A DNA stretch of 64,000 nucleotides from Minisyncoccia bacterium (lineage in GTDB: Bacteria > Patescibacteriota > Minisyncoccia > Phycocordibacterales > UBA9973): NCBI GenBank assembly GCA_039809245.1, contig JBDHUP010000001.1, positions 100,137 through 164,136 of the forward strand. Direction: 5' to 3'. Below, piece by piece: positions 57,383-64,000 of this stretch (its first letter is position 1; the number at the start of each line of letters is the position of its first letter). Below the pieces are notes generated by a model. It had not been told where the DNA came from, ran no database searches, and saw only the letters and a list, made by a program, of their open reading frames with translations. Made by a program: the position numbers and the translations under genes.

Positions 57383-57805
57383 CTATTTACAGTTAATACC
57401 AGCTCTATATCCTGGTTCTTCTAGTTCAGTAGTATAGAAACCTTTACTGTCAGCACAATAGTACTTACCTGCTGGGACCTTGATACGAGCTGTGAATGTA
57501 TGGACATTGGCAACACATTCGACAGGGTTATCTATCACCTTCTTTAAGGCATCGAACTTAGATTGCATACTTACACAGATGTTGTTGTACTTAGAAATAA
57601 AGTAGTTATTGTGATCGTAGAAGAACTTTTGAGCTTGGATTTGAAGCTGATTTGAGACAACGTCTTTAATTATAGCTTCAGCAGAAGCTGTATCCTTTGC
57701 TTTTAGAGATCTTTGGAATTCAGCATTCTGATCGAGTTTGAAATATTTATATCCAGCGAATATTAGTATCGCAAATCCTATAATAAACAATATTAGCTTA
57801 GTCAT
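57383..57805 (-). CDS. Pilin-like globular domain protein lacking prepilin cleavage motif
   Basis: YYCADSKGF matches YYCVDSTGF of pilin 10705-11151; 4 Cys; plain N-terminal TM. Confidence 0.6.
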   Translation of the reverse strand: MTKLILFIIGFAILIFAGYKYFKLDQNAEFQRSLKAKDTASAEAIIKDVVSNQLQIQAQKFFYDHNNYFISKYNNICVSMQSKFDALKKVIDNPVECVANVHTFTARIKVPAGKYYCADSKGFYTTELEEPGYRAGINCK

Positions 57806-57835
57806 ATTTTCATTATACCATCTACCTCCAAATCA

Positions 57836-57857
57836 AAAAGCCCTTTGCGGGGCTTTT
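57836..57857 (-). terminator. Terminator after rplE
   Basis: AAAAGCCC...GGGCTTTT. Confidence 0.65.
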
Positions 57858-57865
57858 ATGGAAAC

Positions 57866-58405
57866 CTACTTTTTGAATGGGAACCCGATGAGTTCGAAGA
57901 ATTCGGTTGCTTCAGGCTTTGTTTTAGCTGTTGTAACGATTGTTACGGCCAGTCCGAATATATCTTTGATATCTTCATCACCTGTCTCAGGGAAAATAGT
58001 GTGCTCCTTGATACTCATAGTTAGGTTTCCTATATTATCCACGATCTTTCGATCAACTCCACGGAAGTCTTTTGTTCGAGGGATAGCTACATTAATTAGC
58101 TTATCTAAGAATCCATACATGCGTGCTCCACGAAGAGTAACCATAACACCGATTGGGTCACCTTGGCGCATCTTGAAGCTTGCGATAGATTTCTTTGCTC
58201 CACGAGTTGCAGGCTTCTGACCTGTAATCTTTGCTAGACGCTCCATGATGAACTTATTGCGATCTTTATCACGCTTGATACCACTTCCAGTACCTGAAGC
58301 CACAACAACTTTTACAAGATGAGGCGCGGCCATAGAACTCTTATATCCATACTTAGATTTTAGAGTCGTATATGCTTTCTTTTCTTTTTGTTTTACTGTT
58401 TCCAT
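57866..58405 (-). CDS. rplE: 50S ribosomal protein L5
   Basis: ITGQKP, KKSIASFK.R, VTLRG, PR.KDFRG. Confidence 0.97.
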   Translation of the reverse strand: METVKQKEKKAYTTLKSKYGYKSSMAAPHLVKVVVASGTGSGIKRDKDRNKFIMERLAKITGQKPATRGAKKSIASFKMRQGDPIGVMVTLRGARMYGFLDKLINVAIPRTKDFRGVDRKIVDNIGNLTMSIKEHTIFPETGDEDIKDIFGLAVTIVTTAKTKPEATEFFELIGFPFKK

Positions 58406-58423
58406 AATATTTAAATTCTTACG

Positions 58424-58642
58424 TTACTTTTGTAGAGCTACATTTGATACGTGTATAGGCATTGCGATCTCAAGTATTTGACCTTGCTCACCACGCTTTG
58501 TAGCCTTGCGAGACTTCTTTCTCACGTTTACACCTTCAACTACCACCTTATTCTCGGCTGGAATTGCTTTGATAACTTTGCCTTTCTTTCCTTTGTTTGC
58601 TCCGGCAATTACTATTACATTGTCTCCTTTCTTGATTTTCAT
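58424..58642 (-). CDS. rplX: 50S ribosomal protein L24 (short, 72 aa)
   Basis: MKIKKGD.V.VIAG..KGK.G, PIHVSNV. Confidence 0.95.
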   Translation of the reverse strand: MKIKKGDNVIVIAGANKGKKGKVIKAIPAENKVVVEGVNVRKKSRKATKRGEQGQILEIAMPIHVSNVALQK

Positions 58643-58652
58643 ATAAATGTAT

Positions 58653-59024
58653 TTAAATAACTTCTTGTGCAAGTGAAATAATCTTCTGGTATCCTCGCTC
58701 TGCAAGCTCGCGTGGAATAGGACCGAATACACGACCACCTCTTGGATCTTGCTTATCTTTTTCTAAAATAACAACCGCATTGTCGTCAAAGCGAATATAT
58801 GATCCATCCTTTCGGCGGAAAGCCTTCACTGTACGAACAACAACGGCCTGACATACATCCTTTTTCTTCACTCCTTTACGAGGTTCAGCAATCTTCACTG
58901 AGATGATAACTTTATCACCTATACCAGCATAGCGACGCTTAGAAGATCCAAGCACCTTGAAAACTTTTCCCACCTTTCCACCGGCGTTATCTGTTATATT
59001 TACTACTGTTCCATCTTGTATCAT
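58653..59024 (-). CDS. rplN: 50S ribosomal protein L14
   Basis: MIQ, DN.G, IRFDDNA, RVFGP. Confidence 0.97.
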   Translation of the reverse strand: MIQDGTVVNITDNAGGKVGKVFKVLGSSKRRYAGIGDKVIISVKIAEPRKGVKKKDVCQAVVVRTVKAFRRKDGSYIRFDDNAVVILEKDKQDPRGGRVFGPIPRELAERGYQKIISLAQEVI

Positions 59025-59031
59025 ATAATTT

Positions 59032-59277
59032 TTATGCTACTACTTTAAACTTCTTATCTTTAGAAATTGGACGAGTTTCCTCTATTTCAACCATATCACC
59101 AATCTTCTTCGTATTATCCTCATCATGAGCTTTGTATTTCTTTGACTTCTTAATGCGCTTGCCGTACTTACTGTGCTCCACGAAACGTGTAACTTCTACG
59201 ACAATTGTCTTATTCATCTTGTCTGAAACGACAACACCTTTAAGAATTTTATTTGGTTTTATATCTTTTTTATCCAT
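59032..59277 (-). CDS. rpsQ: 30S ribosomal protein S17
   Basis: [22 protein letters not shown]. Confidence 0.97.
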   Translation of the reverse strand: MDKKDIKPNKILKGVVVSDKMNKTIVVEVTRFVEHSKYGKRIKKSKKYKAHDEDNTKKIGDMVEIEETRPISKDKKFKVVA

Positions 59278-59281
59278 ATAA

Positions 59282-59698
59282 TTATCGTGCAACTACGCGA
59301 GTGGTAACTGGTAATTTTGTACCGGCTTTGCGAAGAGCTTCTTTAGCAACAGCTTCAGATACTCCATCAACTTCAAATAGTACTCGGCCTGGGCGAACGT
59401 CTAGGCAGTAACCTTGTGGATCACCTTTACCCTTTCCCATTCCTACTTCTGCCGGCTTTGCTGTAAAAGGTCTGTCAGGGAAAACTCGAATCCACATACG
59501 GCCAGTCTTGCCGATAGTACGTGAAGTAACTTTACGTGCTGATTCTATCTGATTTGCACGGATACGTCCACCTGCAGTAGCTTTCAAGCCATATGATCCG
59601 AAGGCAACAGTAATACCACGAGTGTCAGGAGTGACCTTTGTCATGTCGGTACGGCTTGTTTGCCATTTTCTAAATTTTACTTTTTTTGGTGTTAACAT
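59282..59698 (-). CDS. rplP: 50S ribosomal protein L16
   Basis: ML.PK..KFRK, WIRVFPD, MGKGKG. Confidence 0.97.
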   Translation of the reverse strand: MLTPKKVKFRKWQTSRTDMTKVTPDTRGITVAFGSYGLKATAGGRIRANQIESARKVTSRTIGKTGRMWIRVFPDRPFTAKPAEVGMGKGKGDPQGYCLDVRPGRVLFEVDGVSEAVAKEALRKAGTKLPVTTRVVAR

Positions 59699-59712
59699 AA
59701 AATTATTTATTA

Positions 59713-60375
59713 CTATTTTTTATCTGCATTAAAAACTTCTCCACGGTAAATCCATACTTTAATACCGATATCTCCATAACTCATATGAGCTTTCTCGCGA
59801 GCGAAATCAACATCAGCACGGAAAGTCTGAAGTGGGATTGAACCACGTTTGATCTGTTCAGAACGAGCAATTTCAGATCCAGCTAGACGGCCTCCAATGT
59901 AAATACGTGCCCCTTTTACTCCTCGAGCAGACATTATCTTCTCGATACTCTGCTTCATCACACGTCGGTAAGGAAGACGCTTCTCTAAACCTTCAGCAAT
60001 CATGCAAGCAACAATAGCAGCATCAGCATCAGGATTTGTAACTTCAACAATGTCGAATTTAAAGTCTTCAGCCATAACAATACCTTTCTTTTGCATTGCT
60101 TTTAGAAGATCAGCTTTTAACTTAGCAGCCCCCTCACCAGAACGGCCAATAATCATACCAGGGCGTGATGTGTGGACCATAACCTTTGTCGCTTTAACGT
60201 TTCTTTCGATCTCAACTCGAGATACATAGAATCCACGTAGTTTCTTTAGAAGAAATTCACGGATAACAACATCACTCTTTAGAAGATCTTTATATTTCTT
60301 ATCAGCAAACCAGCGTGATTTCCAATCACGAAGGGTTACAAGTCTATGTGCATATGGGTGTACTACTTTTGACAT
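59713..60375 (-). CDS. rpsC: 30S ribosomal protein S3
   Basis: VHP..R, RPG.IIGR.G, GRL.G.EIAR, PLQT.RAD. Confidence 0.97.
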   Translation of the reverse strand: MSKVVHPYAHRLVTLRDWKSRWFADKKYKDLLKSDVVIREFLLKKLRGFYVSRVEIERNVKATKVMVHTSRPGMIIGRSGEGAAKLKADLLKAMQKKGIVMAEDFKFDIVEVTNPDADAAIVACMIAEGLEKRLPYRRVMKQSIEKIMSARGVKGARIYIGGRLAGSEIARSEQIKRGSIPLQTFRADVDFAREKAHMSYGDIGIKVWIYRGEVFNADKK

Positions 60376-60377
60376 AA

Positions 60378-60809
60378 TTATTTATCCTCTTTTATAACTT
60401 TCTTTTTAGCGACTTTTTTAACTTTTGGTGTCTTTTCTTTCATTTCTGCTTTTTCTTCCTTTGTAGCCTTTACCTTCTTAGCCACTGTCTTCTCTACAAG
60501 AGTAAGAGCCACGTGGCTAGTACGCTTGTTGATACGTGAAGCAGATCCTTGAGCACGAGGCATAGAACGCTTCAAGACAATACCTTTATTTACTGTAACA
60601 TTTTCAACATATAAATCAGTATCTGAGATACCAGCTTGGCGAGCATTAGCAACAGCTGACTTCAAAAGGTCTTCTATCGGCTTTGAAGCTCTCTTTGGCA
60701 TTGCGTGCAAATGAACAAAAGCATCAGCAACCCTTTTGCCTTTTAGTAAGTCTGCTACAAGGCGAACCTTGCGTGGAGACTGTCTATAGTTTTTCAAAAA
60801 TGCTTTCAT
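60378..60809 (-). CDS. rplV: 50S ribosomal protein L22 with Lys-rich tail
   Basis: SPRKVRLVAD, PRAQG.A..I.KRTSH. Confidence 0.97.
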   Translation of the reverse strand: MKAFLKNYRQSPRKVRLVADLLKGKRVADAFVHLHAMPKRASKPIEDLLKSAVANARQAGISDTDLYVENVTVNKGIVLKRSMPRAQGSASRINKRTSHVALTLVEKTVAKKVKATKEEKAEMKEKTPKVKKVAKKKVIKEDK

Positions 60810-60818
60810 AGTTTAATG

Positions 60819-61160
60819 TTATTTCTTTGAGTCAGTCGAAGCTTTCGCGGCTTTGGAAGCGGATATTTCGGCTTCTTTCTTCTTAATCTCTAATTCTTTC
60901 TGCATCTTACCTCCGTGTCTGACGAACTTACGAGTTAGGGAGAATTCACCGAGTCGGTGACCTACCATATCTTCACTCACCAGGACTTCTACGTGTGTCT
61001 TACCATTATGAACTCCGAACACGAATCCTACCATTTCTGGAGAAATTACGCATGCGCGAGACCAGGTTTTAATCATACCTGTTTCAATAGGTTTCTTGCC
61101 GGCAATCTTTTTCAAGAGCCTTTCGTCTACGTATGGACCTTTTTTGAGTGACCTTGTCAT
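60819..61160 (-). CDS. rpsS: 30S ribosomal protein S19
   Basis: RSLKKGP, KTWSR, MVGH.LGEF; own promoter TTGACT/TAGTAT at 61225-61198. Confidence 0.97.
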   Translation of the reverse strand: MTRSLKKGPYVDERLLKKIAGKKPIETGMIKTWSRACVISPEMVGFVFGVHNGKTHVEVLVSEDMVGHRLGEFSLTRKFVRHGGKMQKELEIKKKEAEISASKAAKASTDSKK

Positions 61161-61336
61161 ATACAATATAAATAAGCTCTTCTGAGCTCGTCCGTCTATA
61201 CTAGCAAATATAGAAATAAAGTCAAATTACTTCCCCTCCCCTATATCATATACATAACCCTTATTTGACAAAACCCACAATAAAGGTAGGATTAAGAAAA
61301 ATTCACAATATTTCAAAACAAACAAAATAATAGAGT

Positions 61337-62098
61337 ATGAACAAGTCACAAACTCAAGATTTGATTAACCAATATGGTTATGACAATCTTAAACTTCTTG
61401 AAGCTGTTGGTGGTTTTTATGAAGTTGCAAAAAATGCCGAGGGTAAACGTTTAACACCTTTAGTTGGCTATGCTGGTAAATACCCAAAAAATGGCCAGGA
61501 ATTTCAATACGTTGGGGAAGTTTATGTGAACTTTGCGAAAGCAGAGGAGCATCCCCACATAATGTACAACTTCGCCAAAAAGCTTTGGGACAAGTTAAAA
61601 ATCCATGAGCCTATAGTATTTATTGGGCCAGCAATGGGTGGCATTTCGGTGGCACAACTCTTAACACTACATGCTTCACAAGACACCAAAGCCAGGTATG
61701 CTTGTGCTGAGAAAATTGTTACGGTAGCAAAAACTGCAACCACTGAAGAACAATCTTCTTTTTCTATCTTAAGGCACAGCCTCTACCCCGGAGAAACAGT
61801 TGGAATTGTTGAAGATGTATTGAACAATTTTTCTACAACGGATAAATTAATCCGGCTTGTAGAATCGTACGGGGCAAAGGTTGGTATTATTGTTGGACTT
61901 TTAAACCGTTCAACAAAAATTGATTCAGTATACATGCACAGAGGTCAACCAATCCCTGTTGTTTCTTTAATAAGAAAATTATTTGAAAGTTACGAGCAGG
62001 AAGATCTGTATGTAATTGAAGATGTGGCAACCGACAATGTAGTTTGGAAGCCAAAGAATGACTGGGATAAATTAAAAAAGGCTGCTGAGAAAAAATAA
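61337..62098 (+). CDS. Phosphoribosyltransferase, orotate PRTase (PyrE)-like
   Basis: GPAMGG, IVEDV.N..ST PRPP-binding motif; adjacent to pyrF. Confidence 0.7.
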   Translation: MNKSQTQDLINQYGYDNLKLLEAVGGFYEVAKNAEGKRLTPLVGYAGKYPKNGQEFQYVGEVYVNFAKAEEHPHIMYNFAKKLWDKLKIHEPIVFIGPAMGGISVAQLLTLHASQDTKARYACAEKIVTVAKTATTEEQSSFSILRHSLYPGETVGIVEDVLNNFSTTDKLIRLVESYGAKVGIIVGLLNRSTKIDSVYMHRGQPIPVVSLIRKLFESYEQEDLYVIEDVATDNVVWKPKNDWDKLKKAAEKK

Positions 62099-62165
62099 CT
62101 CAACAGCAAGGCAAAAATAAAAAGCAGAATTTAATAATTCTGCTTTTTAAATTTATTCTCTTTTT

Positions 62166-63110
62166 TTATGCAAACTCGCCATATTTTTTACGGCGGAATG
62201 CCATGATCTTACCATTCAAATCCACAATATAATTGTTACACACCTCGGCATAATCTTCATTTTTGGAACCATACAACGCTGCCCGGGAAACATTAAGGAC
62301 AATTCGTCCTCTTCTCGTCATGCCGGCATCAAGCGATGCTTCAAGATCACCTTCCTGTGTACCGTGACCAGGAATTAGTAAGTAGCGATCGTCACCAATT
62401 ATTCGGCGAACAGCTGCCATGTTTTCAGGATACGTTGCCCCGGTAACAAGGCCTACATTAGGTGACCAGGTAATAGCTTTCTTTGCCACGTTTTGATAAA
62501 GCGGTAAAATTTCACCGTTCAAATTAGCTGTAACAATTTTATCCCACCAATCCATCTTGCCAACTCCATCTGGTATGGCAGCAGGATTAAAAGGAAGAGT
62601 CCATAAACCTTGGATTTCATCAGCTTTTTCATTCGATGTCTGGCAAAGGACAAAAACTAACTTATCTCTTAATACTTCTTTTTCATCAACCATCTTAAAA
62701 AAGAACGGCTTATTAGCTTCGCCACCTAAATAAGGAGCAATTGTAAAGGCATCAAATATTTCCAGCATTTCCATATAAGCCATGTTTGTATTGCCAATGT
62801 CTCCACGTTTTCCATCTCCAATTAAAAAAACATCTGGAAATTTTTTTCTGATATACCTTACAATTTCCTCAAGCATTGATATGCCCTCGCCACCAAACCG
62901 TTCGAAAAAAGCCAGGTTGGGTTTATATGATTGTACATTACCACCGGTGGCAACAATGATATTAAGAAGAAAATCATAACAAGCAGTTATTTTTTCCTTT
63001 AAACCATCGCCTTTTACACTTTTTGGTAGTTTATCATAGTCTACATCGAGACCAAGACAACTGTAGCGCCCTAAGGCAGCTAAATTAGAGAGAATCTTGT
63101 TGTAATTCAT
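62166..63110 (-). CDS. pyrF: Orotidine-5'-phosphate decarboxylase
   Basis: CLGLD, KPN.AFF, DGKRGDIGNT, TSN, VTGATYP, LIPG.G.Q.G, SR. Confidence 0.9.
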   Translation of the reverse strand: MNYNKILSNLAALGRYSCLGLDVDYDKLPKSVKGDGLKEKITACYDFLLNIIVATGGNVQSYKPNLAFFERFGGEGISMLEEIVRYIRKKFPDVFLIGDGKRGDIGNTNMAYMEMLEIFDAFTIAPYLGGEANKPFFFKMVDEKEVLRDKLVFVLCQTSNEKADEIQGLWTLPFNPAAIPDGVGKMDWWDKIVTANLNGEILPLYQNVAKKAITWSPNVGLVTGATYPENMAAVRRIIGDDRYLLIPGHGTQEGDLEASLDAGMTRRGRIVLNVSRAALYGSKNEDYAEVCNNYIVDLNGKIMAFRRKKYGEFA

Positions 63111-63240
63111 CGTATTTAGTTTTAAGTGAAAATTATTGTTTGATTCAAAAGCCCAGAAAAGGCGCTTAAATCAAACAATAATAACCATCACAATTTCGTG
63201 AAATTCTACTGTAAATATAATAATTAGTCAAACAGAGGTT

Positions 63241-63627
63241 TTAGAAGATAAAAATTTTCGGGAGGAAAATTATCAGTCCGACTAGGCCGGCGATGGCGAC
63301 GGTTATGAGAACTGCACCAGCGGCGACATCTTTTGTATCGCGAGCATATGGATGATAGTTCGGACTAGTAAGGTCAACTTCAATTTCAATAGCAGTATTT
63401 ATCGTCTCAGCGAGAATAACGAGGCCGATTGCGAAAATTATAGCGATCCACTCCAAAGATGATATATGTAAGATAATACCAAGATATATAGCTAAAACTG
63501 AAAAGAAAACGTGGACCCATGCATTGTGAGTAGTCCTGATGAAAACTCCTATGCCACGAAATGCATGAGTAGTACTCTTTATCCTTTTGACTATTGAGAA
63601 TCTTTTCTTTTCTGATAGCTTTTCCAT
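63241..63627 (-). CDS. dgkA: Diacylglycerol/undecaprenol kinase (DgkA family)
   Basis: A..G, E.INTAIE..VD, KD.AAGAVL. Confidence 0.9.
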   Translation of the reverse strand: MEKLSEKKRFSIVKRIKSTTHAFRGIGVFIRTTHNAWVHVFFSVLAIYLGIILHISSLEWIAIIFAIGLVILAETINTAIEIEVDLTSPNYHPYARDTKDVAAGAVLITVAIAGLVGLIIFLPKIFIF

Positions 63628-63640
63628 TGCTTTAGTATAC

Positions 63641-63672
63641 AACAAAAATACCCCTTTCGGGGTATTTTTGTT
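63641..63672 (-). terminator. Terminator after rplB
   Basis: AACAAAAATACCCC/GGGGTATTTTTGTT. Confidence 0.7.
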
Positions 63673-63674
63673 TT

Positions 63675-64000
63675 TTATCCTTTCTTTGATTTTCCTACCT
63701 TTCGGCGAGAAACAATCCACATATTTGAGTACTTCTTTGGAGTGCGAGTCTTCTGACCTTTTCCAGATGGCTTACCCCACTTAGTCTTAGCACGGCGTAG
63801 ACCTCGTCCTTGTGCTCCTTCACCTCCTCCGTATGGGTGATCAACTGGGTTCATAGCACTTCCTCGAACTGTAGGTCGGATACCCTTCCAGCGAGAACGT
63901 CCTGCTTTACCAAAGTTTTGAAGTTTATATTCAGAGTTTGAAACTTCACCAATTGAAGCGTAACAATTTTCAGAAACTTTTCGAACTTCTGTTGATGGCA
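63675..64000 (-). CDS. rplB: 50S ribosomal protein L2 (C-terminal part; start outside window)
   Basis: Manual translation [32 protein letters not shown]... Confidence 0.97.
   Translation of the reverse strand, partial: PSTEVRKVSENCYASIGEVSNSEYKLQNFGKAGRSRWKGIRPTVRGSAMNPVDHPYGGGEGAQGRGLRRAKTKWGKPSGKGQKTRTPKKYSNMWIVSRRKVGKSKKG

Noticed and set aside
1-64000. Alternative genetic code (UGA=Gly, code 25) as in Gracilibacteria/Absconditabacteria
   Set aside because: RF2 is present, core genes are full-length under code 11, and TGA ends gatC and the S-component at overlaps with the next start.
1-64000. CRISPR array, prophage, integrase or transposase
   Set aside because: No regularly spaced repeats and no ORF with such motifs were seen.

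Overview
AT-rich chromosomal segment of a Candidate Phyla Radiation (Patescibacteria, probably Parcubacteria-type) bacterium. The lineage call is an inference from the PilQ-less type IV pilus locus, the absence of L30 from the spc operon, an archaeal-type UMP kinase, CPR-style hypotheticals and the lack of Shine-Dalgarno motifs. Genetic code 11 (RF2 present). Contents: prfB (partial), proC-like, 8 tRNAs, gatCA, ligA, a large type IV pilus/competence locus, malic enzyme, recG, ftsH, smpB-ssrA, truB, infC-rpmI-rplT, ndk, a VirD4/HerA-like ATPase, map, pyrH, adk, secY and a fragmented S10-spc ribosomal operon. Best leads: (1) a putative cobalamin scavenging-and-use operon (solitary ECF S-component, class II RNR, PduO, two transcobalamin-like/DUF4430 surface proteins, ArsR regulator). 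I see no B12 riboswitch, but a 20-bp operator (18/20 identical) is shared by the operon promoter and the arsR promoter. (2) Rare-anticodon tRNAs Ser(ACT) and Ile(TAT). (3) Small palindromic insertion elements next to tRNA/tmRNA genes and in-frame inside truB. (4) A 6S-RNA-like ncRNA. (5) Pervasive leaderless genes, including leaderless uORF-terminator modules that look like attenuators. All product calls come from motif recognition by eye, not database searches.
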